Shown here in pieces: positions 1 to 9,973 of a stretch of 64,000 nucleotides of DNA. Source of the stretch: Cenarchaeum sp. (GTDB lineage Archaea > Thermoproteota > Nitrososphaeria > Nitrososphaerales > Nitrosopumilaceae). Under the pieces are notes generated by a model, which saw nothing but the letters and a program-made list of their open reading frames with translations, did not search any database and was not told the origin of the DNA. The DNA lies in assembly GCA_963693095.2 (NCBI GenBank), contig OY843768.1, positions 128,001 through 192,000 of the forward strand, written 5' to 3'. The translations under genes were made by a program, and so were the position numbers. Within the stretch, counting starts at the first letter, position 1; the number at the start of each line of letters is the position of its first letter.

Positions 1-120
1 TAACAAGCCTCGCCACGCAAAGCCTGACACATGATTGTGAAGCGTGCCCACGCATGGCACATGACGCGTCTTGCGTATACTGCCTAACGCAGAGCGCGAG
101 ATTGGCCGGACAGACTGGCA

Positions 121-170
121 TGATCACGCCCATTTGGCCAAGCGGAATTGTGAGGGTGCTGATTCCATAC
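121..170. repeat. Degenerate MITE right end
   Basis: GATCACGCCCATTTGGCCAA...GGGTGCTGATTCCATAC. Confidence 0.65.
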
Positions 171-216
171 CGCGTACGTCGCGCGCATTTTAATATGCGG
201 GCAGGGGCGTTGCGGC

Positions 217-453
217 GTGGACTTCACTGATGAATGTGTGCTCGATATGCTAGAGACTACACCTGAGCGCGCGTGGCGCAGAATTGCCATACCAGCCTCG
301 CCCTCCAAAAAACCCGGAGAGCGCGGCAATAACCCTGCCCCCTCGTGCGATATGCGCAAGGGCGCAAGAGTGATCCACGAGACTGTCATCAAAAATTATC
401 ACAACGGCCTAGAGGATGGCGTGCGCTATCGAGGTTTCGAGTCGCATGGTTGA
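217..453 (+). pseudogene. Decayed, internally deleted paralogue of the 811..1395 gene
   Basis: Same upstream TTTTAATATGCGGGCAGG and same spacing to a GTG start; peptide matches FTDE..LDMLE/STDE..RDILE, RRIAI/RRNIAI and IHETVIKNY/IREIVVRNY. Confidence 0.65.
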
Positions 454-810
454 CATATGGGACGATTTCCTTGTGGGCTTTTTTCAAGGGTTCACGTGTC
501 CGTATTTTGCGTTTATGTTTGGTCTGTATGCGCGCCTTGCGCGAACCCGGCTGCGCGAGCGTCGACGTCGCCTGCGCGGGGAAGGCGCCTAGCGGAAACT
601 CGAATGGTGCCGGACATGGAACTTGACACATCGTGCCGCCATGGCGGGACTGCGCAGTTGCGCTGATCGGGTGCCGAGACGGCGTGGACGCCCGTGGGTG
701 ACACGAGCAGGGGTGCGCCTGCCCGTTTGGCCAGATGTGGCCATGTGGGCGCTGATCCAGTCCCCTGCCCCACCGCGTGCGTTTTAATATGCGGGCAGGC
801 GCGCCTTGGC

Positions 811-1395
811 GTGGAATCCACCGACGAGCGCACGCGCGACATACTCGAGATAAGGGAGCACCTCGCAAAGGAGGCCGAGCGATACGAGACTGCCCTAGAG
901 TACACGCGGCGCAACATTGCCATACTGGACTCGCTCCTCATAAAGTCAAGCTTTACGAGGGCGTCTGACATCAAGCGCGGGCCTGATGAGCCGCCGCGCG
1001 AGGATGCGGCGCCAGAGGAGCCTGCCGCAGATGATGCGGAGACAGACGGCGCGATTCCGATAATGGCCGACTCGGAGACAGTCGCGCACGCGCGAGTCAC
1101 CCCCGATGAGGTCAGTGTGGCCATCGCAGACGGCGTGCGCCTGACTGCTGACACGCCCCCGCTGCGCACGTTCTTTGTGGAGAGGATCATCGCCGGAATG
1201 AGGGCAAAGGACGACGCGCGCGCAAAGTCCGGCGAGATTGACGCTGACTCGGTCATCACTTGTGACATACGCGAGGATGCCGGCGCGATACGCGAGATTG
1301 TCGTCAGGAACTATCGCGACAAGCCGAGGGCCGACGAGATAGTCGCATCCGTCTCGTGGTCACTGGCGCGAATGGTGGAAAACTCTGCGGGATGA
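811..1395 (+). CDS. Conserved thaumarchaeal hypothetical protein (N-terminal coiled coil)
   Basis: ORF 694..1395; likely GTG start at 811, 29 bp after the TATA-like box begins; ends just before guaA. Confidence 0.75.
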   Translation: MESTDERTRDILEIREHLAKEAERYETALEYTRRNIAILDSLLIKSSFTRASDIKRGPDEPPREDAAPEEPAADDAETDGAIPIMADSETVAHARVTPDEVSVAIADGVRLTADTPPLRTFFVERIIAGMRAKDDARAKSGEIDADSVITCDIREDAGAIREIVVRNYRDKPRADEIVASVSWSLARMVENSAG

Positions 1396-1399
1396 CACA

Positions 1400-2923
1400 A
1401 TGGACACGATCGCAGTCCTGGACTTTGGCTCCCAGTACGCGCACCTGATCTGCAGGCGAATACGCTCGCTCTCTGTGCGCGCGGATCTAGTTGCGCATGA
1501 CACAAGCGTCGATGACCTGCGCCGTCGCGGCGTTCGCGGGATTGTGCTCTCTGGCGGCCCGTCAAGCGTGTATGACGAGGGCGCGCCGCGCCCCGACCCC
1601 GCAATATTCTCCATGGGCGTGCCGATACTTGGCATCTGCTATGGTCACCAGCTAGTCGTCGACGCGTTTGGCGGCCGCGTGCGCCGCGCCAACCGCGAGT
1701 ATGGCTCCTCCGAGCTGTCAGTGGACTCGGCCGACGGCCTCCTCGGCGGAATTGGCCCCTCGGTGCGCGCGTGGATGAGCCATGGCGATGAGGCCGAGCG
1801 CGTGCCAGACGGATTTGAGGTCATTGCGCACACGCGCTCCTCGAATGCTGCGGCCATTGCGGATGCGGCACGCTCAGTCTACAGCGTCCAGTTCCACCCC
1901 GAGGTCACGCACACCGAGCGCGGAGTCGACATTCTTGGCAACTTTGCGCTGCGCATATGCTCGGCAGGCGCTGACTGGACGATGGGCTCCTTTGTCGAGT
2001 CGCAGGTCCGGCGCCTCTCGTCGATCGAGGGCGGCGTCCTGTGCGGCGTGAGCGGCGGCGTGGACTCTACGGTCGTGGCGGTCCTCCTCCACAGGGCCAT
2101 CGGGGACCGCCTGCGCTGCGTCTTTGTCGACAATGGCCTCCTGCGCGAGGGCGAGGCCGACGAGGTCCGCTCGATCCTTGCGGGAGCCGGAGTCGAGAAC
2201 CTCGAGGTCATCGACGCCTCTGAGCGCTTTCTTGGGCGCCTCGCCGGCATTACCGATCCTGAGAAAAAGCGCCACGCCGTGGGCGACGAGTTTGCGCGCG
2301 TATTCACCGAGGCCGCACAGTCCGGTGCGGGATGCAAGTGGCTCGCGCAGGGGACGCTATACCCTGATGTCATCGAGAGCGGATCGACGCACGGGCCGGC
2401 TGACGTCATAAAGTCGCACCACAATGTCGGCGGACTGCCCAAATGGCTTGGCATGGAGACAGTCGAGCCGCTCCGCGAGCTCTACAAGGACGAGGTTCGC
2501 CGCGTCGCCGGCATACTCGGGCTGCCCGAGCGCGTTGTGTCGCGCCACCCCTTCCCCGGTCCGGGCCTCTCGGTGCGCGTCATGGGCGAGGCAACGCGCG
2601 AAAAGATCGAAATCGCACGAAAGGCTAGCGCCATAGTCGAGGCCGAGCTTGCCGCCGACGGCCTCCTCGCCTCGGTCTGGCAGGCCTATGCGGGAGTCGG
2701 CGATGACAGGGCCGTTGCCGTGATCGGCGACGCGCGCCTCCACGGGCGCGTCGTCATCATCAGGATTGTAGAGTCGACTGACGCAATGACTGCGGACTGG
2801 TCGCGCGTGCCCTATGACACGCTTGCGCGCATGAGCAACCGCATAACAAACGAGGTCGAGGGTGTCGCACTGGTGACATATGCGATATCTAGCAAGCCGC
2901 CTGCGACAATAGAGCTAGAGTGA
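1400..2923 (+). CDS. guaA: GMP synthase (glutamine-hydrolysing)
   Basis: VLDFGSQY, GICYGHQ, QFHPEV, SGGVDS, IKSHHNVGGLP and KPPATIE motifs. Confidence 0.97.
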   Translation: MDTIAVLDFGSQYAHLICRRIRSLSVRADLVAHDTSVDDLRRRGVRGIVLSGGPSSVYDEGAPRPDPAIFSMGVPILGICYGHQLVVDAFGGRVRRANREYGSSELSVDSADGLLGGIGPSVRAWMSHGDEAERVPDGFEVIAHTRSSNAAAIADAARSVYSVQFHPEVTHTERGVDILGNFALRICSAGADWTMGSFVESQVRRLSSIEGGVLCGVSGGVDSTVVAVLLHRAIGDRLRCVFVDNGLLREGEADEVRSILAGAGVENLEVIDASERFLGRLAGITDPEKKRHAVGDEFARVFTEAAQSGAGCKWLAQGTLYPDVIESGSTHGPADVIKSHHNVGGLPKWLGMETVEPLRELYKDEVRRVAGILGLPERVVSRHPFPGPGLSVRVMGEATREKIEIARKASAIVEAELAADGLLASVWQAYAGVGDDRAVAVIGDARLHGRVVIIRIVESTDAMTADWSRVPYDTLARMSNRITNEVEGVALVTYAISSKPPATIELE

Positions 2924-2929
2924 GGCAGG

Positions 2930-4546
2930 CTACCCTGGGGGCATTCCGCCGCCGCCTGGGGGCGCGACGGATATGACGTCATCTATGCGAAGTATCATGC
3001 ATGCGGCCTCTGTTGCCGACTTTATGATCTGCTCCTTTACGACGACGGGCTCGACGATGTTGATCGAGAGCATGTCGGCAACCTTTGTGTTGCGCGCGTC
3101 GACTCCGACCCACTTTTTGCCCTGGGCCTGCCTTGAGCGCAGCGTCGCCATCGTGTCTATCGGATCCATTCCGGCGTTCTCGGCTATCGTGAGGGGTATG
3201 GCCTCTAGTGCCTCGGCGTACTTTTTGACTGCGAGCTGCTCGCGGCCATCAAGGCCGTCAGACCAGTCCTTTAGCTTCATTGCGATGTATGACTCGGGTG
3301 CGCCGCCGCCGCCGACTATTCTGGGGCTCTCGATGACGTCCTTTACGACCATGAGCGAGTCGTGCATTGAGCGGTCGACCTCGTCGACGACCCTCTGCGA
3401 GCCGCCGCGTATGAGTATCGTGACTGCCTGCGGGTTGCGGCATCCCTCGACAAAGACCCACTTGTCAGACTCTACCTTTCTCTGCTGGACGGTCTGGGCA
3501 GCGCCAAGGTCCTTTTCACCAAGATCCTCAATGTTCGTCGTTATGCGCGCGCCAGTGGCGCGTGCGAGCTTTGTCATGTCGCTCTCCTTTACGCGCCTTA
3601 CTGCAAGTATGCCGTGCTTTGCGAGATAGTGCTGCGCAATGTCGTCGATGCCCTTTTGGCAGAGGCAGACATTGGCGCCGATCTCGTGCAGCTTGTCGGC
3701 CATTGACTTTAGCATGCGGTTCTCCTCCTCGAGGAACATCTGCATCTGCGTTGGGTCGCTTATCCTAATCTCGGCGCTAAGCTCGGTCTTTTCGACCTCT
3801 AGTGCGCAGTTGAGGAGCGCTATCTTTGCGGACTCTGCCTTTTGGGGCATGCCGCTGTGGACTATCTCCTTGTCAAGGACGACGCCGGTGATGAGGCGCG
3901 TGTCCTGTATGGAGCCGCCGGACTTTTTCTCGACCTTTATGTTCTCAAGGTCGACTGTGTGGCCCGTCTCCTTTTTGGTCGACACCTTTAGGATGGCGTC
4001 AACGACTATCTTTGCGAGCGGGTCGCTGTCCTCGGATATGAGCTTTGACTCCATGCTCGTCTTTGCGACGTTTGTGAGTGCCTCGCGGTCATCGGCCTTT
4101 ACGTCCTTTGCGATCTCGGCGAGGAGCTCGAGGGTCTTTTCAGAGGCTGCCTGGTACCCGTCTACGATGACTGATGAGTGGACGTCCTTTTTGAGGAGGC
4201 TCTCGGCGTTTGCGATCAGCGCGCCGCCAAAGACCACCGAGGACGTCGTCCCGTCGCCGACCTCGTTGTCGACGGTCTTTGATATCTCGACCATCATCTT
4301 TGCGGCCGGATGCTGCACGTCGATCTCCTTTAGTATCGTCGCGCCGTCGTTCGTTATCGTCACGTCCCCTAGGGAGTCCACGAGCATCTTGTCGAGGCCA
4401 CGTGGGCCCAGGCTTGACTTTACGAGGTCTGCTATGAGCTTTGCAGCCGCAATGTTGTTCTGCTGCGCATCGCGGCCCTTTTGCTGGAGCGCGCTCTCCT
4501 TTAGGACGAGAACCGGCCCCTGTGGCGTTTGCTGAATTGATGCCAT
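2930..4546 (-). CDS. ths: Thermosome subunit (group II chaperonin)
   Basis: LGPRGLDKMLVD, TNDGATIL, GDGTTS and MILRIDD motifs; GGM tail. Confidence 0.97.
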   Translation of the reverse strand: MASIQQTPQGPVLVLKESALQQKGRDAQQNNIAAAKLIADLVKSSLGPRGLDKMLVDSLGDVTITNDGATILKEIDVQHPAAKMMVEISKTVDNEVGDGTTSSVVFGGALIANAESLLKKDVHSSVIVDGYQAASEKTLELLAEIAKDVKADDREALTNVAKTSMESKLISEDSDPLAKIVVDAILKVSTKKETGHTVDLENIKVEKKSGGSIQDTRLITGVVLDKEIVHSGMPQKAESAKIALLNCALEVEKTELSAEIRISDPTQMQMFLEEENRMLKSMADKLHEIGANVCLCQKGIDDIAQHYLAKHGILAVRRVKESDMTKLARATGARITTNIEDLGEKDLGAAQTVQQRKVESDKWVFVEGCRNPQAVTILIRGGSQRVVDEVDRSMHDSLMVVKDVIESPRIVGGGGAPESYIAMKLKDWSDGLDGREQLAVKKYAEALEAIPLTIAENAGMDPIDTMATLRSRQAQGKKWVGVDARNTKVADMLSINIVEPVVVKEQIIKSATEAACMILRIDDVISVAPPGGGGMPPG

Positions 4547-4569
4547 TTTGCGCCCCCCCTCGGCCCGCC

Positions 4570-6345
4570 CTATTTTAACCTACGAGCAACCGTGGGCACC
4601 CTCCGGCGTGCCCTTACGTCGACTAGGCCGCCGTGGAGGAGGCGAACCGACGGGAGCGCAAGAAAGGGCAGAAAGAGGGGCACGAGGTGCGCACGCCCAA
4701 ACCTGCAGCCCGAGTCGGCCATCTCGCCGTCGATGCGCCCTAGGCGCGCGCCGGCCTCCTCGAGGCCCAGGTTCGAGACGATGCCGCAAAAGGGCAGCGG
4801 CAGGCTGGCCACAATGCGCCCGCCCCTGGCCACGGCGATCCCGCCGCCGCCAGAGGCCGCCTCGTTTGCGGCGGCTGCCATGTCGGCTGTTCCCGAGCCG
4901 ACGACTATGGTGTCGTTCTCGTGAAAGCTCCACGTTGAGGCGATCGCAGCATCAAGGCTCCCGATGCCCTCGACGAAGGCGACGGCCCCGCCGCGCGAGG
5001 CGCCTGACCTCCCAAAGGCCGCGGCTCTTGCCACCTGCTCGCCATCAAGCCTGCCCTCGCGCGCCCCGAGCCTTGCGCTGCCGAGCTTTGTGACGATCTC
5101 TGTTAGCATGACTATCGTGTTGACCTCGGCGCCGCCGGCGCCGCCGGCGCCGCCGGCCACCTCAAAGTCATCGCTCCTGAACGGCCGCCTCGAGCTGACC
5201 ATGCGTGATGCCCATGCCGGCGCCCTCTTTTGTGGCCATGCTGCCACAAGCTTGCCGTCGATGACGGTGGGCCGGCCGCCGACATAGACGTCGCGTACCG
5301 CTGCAGACTCTAGTGATTCCAGCATTACAATGTCAGCTAGCCTGCCCGGTCCTATGCCGCCGAGGTCATGGCCCATCTCGTAATAGTCAAACGCGTTCCT
5401 TGATGCTATCGTGTACGCCCTTATGGGATCCATCCCGAGGCGCACGGCCTCGCGCACACAATGGTCAATGTGGCCATGGCTTGCCATGTCGGCCGGATTG
5501 ACGCCGTCCGAGCAGAACATTAGGCGACTCGTGTCTATATTGTGCGCAAGAACGTCGGTGACTATTGCTGCGAGATCGCGCCGAATCGAGCCCTCCCTTG
5601 CCATGACCCACATGCCAAGCCGCAGCCGCTCGACTGCCTGCGCATAGTCGACTGGCTCGTGGCATGACAGTATGCCAGATGCGACGTACGCCTGGAGCTT
5701 TTTGCCCGATGCGCCGGCGGTGTGGCCGTTTATCGCGTGTCCTCCGTCTAGCATGCGCTCCAGCTGGCGCATCGTGCCGGCATCGCGTCCCGTCACGCGC
5801 GTCCACGAAAAGACCTCGCCGAGGCCGACGACGTCATTGCGCCGCAGCGCGGCCTCCTCGTGCGCGCGCGTGAGCGTGCGCGCCGTGCTAAACTTGCGGT
5901 CAACGGGAAGGCCGCCGGGCACAGAGTTGAATATCCTCGCCGGTGCGCCCTCGCACTGGCGCAAAAACTCGCCGAGGCCGCGCGCGCCGGCCACGCTCAC
6001 GATGTCTATGGGGTCAGAGAAGAGCGACGTCACGCCGTGGAGGACGGCGTGCGAGGCGAACTCGCGCGGCATGACAAACTGGTCGATGTGCGTGTGCGGG
6101 TCGGCCATGCCCGGCACGGCAAGGGCCCCGCGCGCGTCAACAGTCCTCGTCGACTCGCCGGCCGTGTGCGAGGCGTCCGGCCCCACATAGGCGATGCGCT
6201 CGCCGGCGACGGCTATGTCGATGCCCTCCTGGAGCTCGCCCGTGTAGACGTTGGCAAGCCTCGCGCCCCTGATGATGAGGCTCGCGTCTGCCTCGCCCAT
6301 GGCCACTGCGTTGAGCCTCCGTATGGAGCCGCCTAGCGCGCCCAT
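4570..6345 (-). CDS. ade: Adenine deaminase
   Basis: PGMADPHTHID amidohydrolase motif, DPIDI, CHEP, REGS, GRLADIV and HENDTIVVG. Confidence 0.88.
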   Translation of the reverse strand: MGALGGSIRRLNAVAMGEADASLIIRGARLANVYTGELQEGIDIAVAGERIAYVGPDASHTAGESTRTVDARGALAVPGMADPHTHIDQFVMPREFASHAVLHGVTSLFSDPIDIVSVAGARGLGEFLRQCEGAPARIFNSVPGGLPVDRKFSTARTLTRAHEEAALRRNDVVGLGEVFSWTRVTGRDAGTMRQLERMLDGGHAINGHTAGASGKKLQAYVASGILSCHEPVDYAQAVERLRLGMWVMAREGSIRRDLAAIVTDVLAHNIDTSRLMFCSDGVNPADMASHGHIDHCVREAVRLGMDPIRAYTIASRNAFDYYEMGHDLGGIGPGRLADIVMLESLESAAVRDVYVGGRPTVIDGKLVAAWPQKRAPAWASRMVSSRRPFRSDDFEVAGGAGGAGGAEVNTIVMLTEIVTKLGSARLGAREGRLDGEQVARAAAFGRSGASRGGAVAFVEGIGSLDAAIASTWSFHENDTIVVGSGTADMAAAANEAASGGGGIAVARGGRIVASLPLPFCGIVSNLGLEEAGARLGRIDGEMADSGCRFGRAHLVPLFLPFLALPSVRLLHGGLVDVRARRRVPTVARRLK

Positions 6346-6415
6346 GCGCGGGGTGCGCACAGTGCCCCAATTTAAGATTCAATGCTTAAATTACGGCAAT
6401 CGCGCGCGCGCGCCG

Positions 6416-6697
6416 TTGAAGTACCCAAAGGCGATAATGCGCTACTGCCCCAAGTGCAAAAAGCACACGTCGCAAAAGGTCTCGCTATACAAGGCCGGCA
6501 AGCGCCGCGCCTCGGCCATAGGCGAGAGGCGCCACGCCGAGGACAAAAAGGGCTATGGGGGCCAAAAGTTCCCAAAGCTCGCAAAGCCGGCCAAGGTCAC
6601 CAAAAAGTTCACCCGTATGCTCTCGTGTCCTGACTGCAAGAAAAAGTTCAACATGTACGGCATTCGTGTCAAAAAGTTCGAGTTGGTGGCAGTATGA
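6416..6697 (+). CDS. rpl44e: 50S ribosomal protein L44e
   Basis: YCPKCKKHT...GYGGQKFP...CPDC; TTG start inferred. Confidence 0.95.
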   Translation: MKYPKAIMRYCPKCKKHTSQKVSLYKAGKRRASAIGERRHAEDKKGYGGQKFPKLAKPAKVTKKFTRMLSCPDCKKKFNMYGIRVKKFELVAV

Positions 6698-6897
6698 AGA
6701 AGGATCACGTTCCAGTCCCAAAGCCCTCTAGCAAGTTTCTGCGCGTAGAGTGCTCCGAGTGCAACGAAAAGCAGGTAGTCTACTCACACGCCTCGACTGC
6801 CGTCACGTGCAACTCGTGCGGCAATGCGCTAGCCACGCCGACTGGCTCGCTTGCGCAGATTCACGGCTCGATTGTGGATCCGGACACGAGCTCATAG
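6694..6897 (+). CDS. rps27e: 30S ribosomal protein S27e
   Basis: SKFLRVECSEC..QVVYSHAST.V.CNSCG..LA.PTG. Confidence 0.95.
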   Translation: MKKDHVPVPKPSSKFLRVECSECNEKQVVYSHASTAVTCNSCGNALATPTGSLAQIHGSIVDPDTSS

Positions 6898-7460
6898 TCG
6901 CTCACGGTGTTGACGCCGAGGCATATCCTCCTGTCATCTAGCACGCGCTGTGTCTCCCTCACGTGGGCGCCGCCGCGCGCGAGGCTTGCGTTGACCACGG
7001 AGACTCCGGTATAGCAGCACTCTCTCTCACCCACATTCACGAAAAACTCTGGCGTCGCGCCAAGCGACTCGGCAAACCTCCTAGTCGCGACGACTGCCAT
7101 CCACGCGCCACTGTCATCGTAAAGTGTCGCTGCCCTGCGCAGGGCTGATGCGTCAAGGAGCGCAAGGTCTCCGGGCACGACCATGACGTTGCCCTCCAGT
7201 GTCGACATTGCGGCGCACACGTCAGCCGCATATCCCTCGCCGGCAGTCTCTACCACGTCGATGCGCGCATCATTGCGCAAGAGTGCGGCAGTGCGCGGCG
7301 CGTTTGGGCTAGTTGCCGCGACGATGCGCGTGTACATGCCCGAGTCCTCCATTGCGCCAATGACCCTGCTCACTATTGGCGTCTCGCCACCGAGGATTAG
7401 CTTTTCTCCCATTGCGCGCATGCGCGTCCCGCGCCCGCCGGCCATGACGAGGCCGATCAT
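6861..7460 (-). CDS. cobY: Adenosylcobinamide-phosphate guanylyltransferase (NTP transferase)
   Basis: MAGGRGTRM..EK nucleotidyltransferase motif; last gene of the cobalamin operon. Confidence 0.8.
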   Translation of the reverse strand: MIGLVMAGGRGTRMRAMGEKLILGGETPIVSRVIGAMEDSGMYTRIVAATSPNAPRTAALLRNDARIDVVETAGEGYAADVCAAMSTLEGNVMVVPGDLALLDASALRRAATLYDDSGAWMAVVATRRFAESLGATPEFFVNVGERECCYTGVSVVNASLARGGAHVRETQRVLDDRRICLGVNTVSDYELVSGSTIEP

Positions 7461-8191
7461 TGCGCTCCCACCAGCACTATTACTGCGGCAATCCTTGCGA
7501 GCTCGTTGGCTGCCCCTAGTGAGTCACCGCGCAGCCCACCGAGTCCCCTTTCAGAGGCGACGCCGACTAGGAGCGCGACGATGATTGCCGCAACTGCTGC
7601 CCCGATGGCCGCCACGCCCGAGACGCCGATCGATATGGCCATCGCGACTGCGACGGTGGCGGCCACTGCGCGCCAGTTCGCCGCGGCGCGCACAAACGGC
7701 TCGGCCGTGCTGCCGTGCGCTGCCCTGCGGGCCCTCATCAGGATGACCATGGCGAGCTTTGCGATCACCTCGGCTGATATTACTGCGGCCAGGATGCCCC
7801 AGGGGCCGGCCGGATATATCGCAGCAACGAGTGCCATGAGCGAGATGGCAACAGCTGCGCTGCCTGCCGTGCCTGTGGCGTGGTCCTTTAGGGCCGCGAT
7901 CCTGCGCTCGCGCGACCCGCGAACCATGAGGGCGTCGGCCAGGTCGGCTAGCCCGTCGAGGTGGTGCATTCCGGTGAGGAGCGCGAGTGCGGCGACTGCG
8001 CAGACTGCGGCGAGGAGCGGCTCCAGTCCGGCAGCCATCGCGCCGGCACCGACTGCGCCGGCGACGGCCCCCACGGCGAGTCCGGCGAGCGGGAACGCCC
8101 AGAGGGCGCCGGCCGCACCCTCGAGCGTCGTGCGCCCTCCCTGCGGGATCACCGTGAGGAGCGCAAAGACTGCGCCCACGCGCTCAAGCAT
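7457..8191 (-). CDS. cobS: Adenosylcobinamide-GDP ribazoletransferase
   Basis: TGMHHLDGLADLADA, LKD..TG and GGLRGDSLGA motifs; multi-pass membrane protein. Confidence 0.92.
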   Translation of the reverse strand: MLERVGAVFALLTVIPQGGRTTLEGAAGALWAFPLAGLAVGAVAGAVGAGAMAAGLEPLLAAVCAVAALALLTGMHHLDGLADLADALMVRGSRERRIAALKDHATGTAGSAAVAISLMALVAAIYPAGPWGILAAVISAEVIAKLAMVILMRARRAAHGSTAEPFVRAAANWRAVAATVAVAMAISIGVSGVAAIGAAVAAIIVALLVGVASERGLGGLRGDSLGAANELARIAAVIVLVGAQ

Positions 8192-9152
8192 GGGACCACC
8201 ACACCGGCGCGCCGGCGGCCACCAGCGCGAGGGAGACTGCGCCAATGGCGGCGACCAGGATCACCGAGCCGACGAGCATGACCCTCCTTGCAGCATCAAC
8301 GTCGCGCATAGTCGGCTCTGCGCCGCCCTCGCATATGACATAGTGGCCAACCTTTTCGAGGCGCACGCCGAGCGCGCCGGCCATCGCCGACATTGGGTAT
8401 CCCGCATTGGGGCTTGCGGTGACCGCATGGTCGCGCCGGACGCATGCGAGCGCACCGCGCCAGTCCAGGCCCATGATCATTGCGGCTGCGACGATGAGCC
8501 CCGCTGTCATCCTTGCGGGAACATAGCCGAGCACGGTGTCACATGTCGCGCCAAACCACCCAACCCTCTCGAGCTCGCGCGTCCTATAGCCGGCCATCGC
8601 GTCGATCGTGTTGATCGCGCGATAGACGAGCGCGCCGGGAGCGCCGGCGAGGGCAAAGTATGCCAGGGGCGCGATGACGCCGTCTGACATGTTCTCGGCG
8701 ATAGTCTCGACTAGTCCGGAGAGTATGTGCGCGCGCCCGAGGCTGCGCGTGTCGCGCTTTACGACCATTGCGAGCCTGTGCCTTGCGGCCGTCAGGTCAT
8801 CCTCGCCGAGGCGCGAGGTCACGGCCTCCACATGCTGTGACATTGAGCGGATCGATATTGCAGCAAAGAGCAGGAGCGCGCCGGCCATGGCCCACACGAT
8901 GCCGCCCCACGCGCCGAGCGCGCCGATTGCCGCATGCAGTACGGCTAGCGGAACGATGACTGCGCCGCACACGCCGAGGACGACGGCGACGCCGGCGGCA
9001 CGCTCGTGCGCACTAGCGCGCGCCGCAACGACGAGGCGCGCAGTGAGCCGGCCCATCCAGACTGTCGGGTGCAGGCGGCGCGGCGGCTCGCCGAGTCCAA
9101 TGTCCATGGCGAGCGCAATGGCCGCGGCCAGCGCTACTGCGATCAGCGGCAT
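8184..9152 (-). CDS. cbiB: Adenosylcobinamide-phosphate synthase
   Basis: GEPP..HPTVWMG, AENMSDGVIAP, YRAINTIDAMAGY and SPNAGYP motifs. Confidence 0.93.
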   Translation of the reverse strand: MPLIAVALAAAIALAMDIGLGEPPRRLHPTVWMGRLTARLVVAARASAHERAAGVAVVLGVCGAVIVPLAVLHAAIGALGAWGGIVWAMAGALLLFAAISIRSMSQHVEAVTSRLGEDDLTAARHRLAMVVKRDTRSLGRAHILSGLVETIAENMSDGVIAPLAYFALAGAPGALVYRAINTIDAMAGYRTRELERVGWFGATCDTVLGYVPARMTAGLIVAAAMIMGLDWRGALACVRRDHAVTASPNAGYPMSAMAGALGVRLEKVGHYVICEGGAEPTMRDVDAARRVMLVGSVILVAAIGAVSLALVAAGAPVWWSHA

Positions 9153-9973
9153 GCGTCCACCAGCGCGCCGACGTCGATGCGCTCCTCAAGGGCGCGCGCG
9201 AGGCGCGAGCACGCGCGACTGATCGTGTCCCTGCGCGGCATCGTCGCGCTCGCCGCGCGCGCGCCAAGCGAGTCCTCCTCGGGAAGGCCGACTTTGAGCA
9301 TGGGAATCGTGCCAAGAACGGGCTTTTTTGTGATTCGGCTCAGCGTGGGGTAGCCGCGCGCAAGTATCCTCTCATCGCCGCGAAACTTGTTGATGATGAC
9401 GCCGCGCACGAGGCGCCTGTGGCGCGCCTCTAGGAGCGCGATCGTGCCTACGATCGAGGCAAAGGCGCCCCCGCGCTCAATGTCGGCGACGAGTATGACC
9501 TGGGCCCGCGCGGCCTCGGCGATGGCCATGTTGGCAATGTCGCCATCACCAATGTTGATCTCGGCCGGCGAGCCGGCGCCCTCGATGACTACAATGTCGT
9601 GCGCGGCCTCTAGGCGGCCCAGTGCGGTCAGGGCGACGCGCAGGCCCCGGCGCCTGGCAAACGCATAGTACTCGCGCGCTCGCATGCGCGCCTTTAGCGT
9701 GCCGTTGACATGGACGTCTGAAGAGTCATCGCCGACGGGCCGCAAGAGTATGGGATTGAGGTCGACTCTGGCCTCGCACCTGGCGGCGATCGCCTGGACC
9801 GCCTGCGCGCGCGATATGCGCCCTCCCCGAACGGCGTGTGAAAAGCGTGACATGTTCTGTGCCTTGAACGGCGCCACGCTGTGCCCGCGATCCGAGAGTG
9901 CGCGGCAGAGCGCGGCAACTAGCGTTGTCTTGCCCGCGCCCGATGACGTCCCCTGGACCATTATTGCCCTCAT
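9143..9973 (-). CDS. cbiP: Cobyric acid synthase, ATPase domain only
   Basis: MVQGTSSGAGKT, PFKAQNMS, EGAGSPAEIN and INKFRGD motifs; 276 aa with no GATase domain. Confidence 0.9.
   Translation of the reverse strand: MRAIMVQGTSSGAGKTTLVAALCRALSDRGHSVAPFKAQNMSRFSHAVRGGRISRAQAVQAIAARCEARVDLNPILLRPVGDDSSDVHVNGTLKARMRAREYYAFARRRGLRVALTALGRLEAAHDIVVIEGAGSPAEINIGDGDIANMAIAEAARAQVILVADIERGGAFASIVGTIALLEARHRRLVRGVIINKFRGDERILARGYPTLSRITKKPVLGTIPMLKVGLPEEDSLGARAASATMPRRDTISRACSRLARALEERIDVGALVDACR

Noticed and set aside
2973-8687. Long antisense ORFs opposite thermosome, ade and cob genes (also elsewhere in the window)
   Set aside because: Typical shadow ORFs of high-GC coding DNA with no recognisable motifs.
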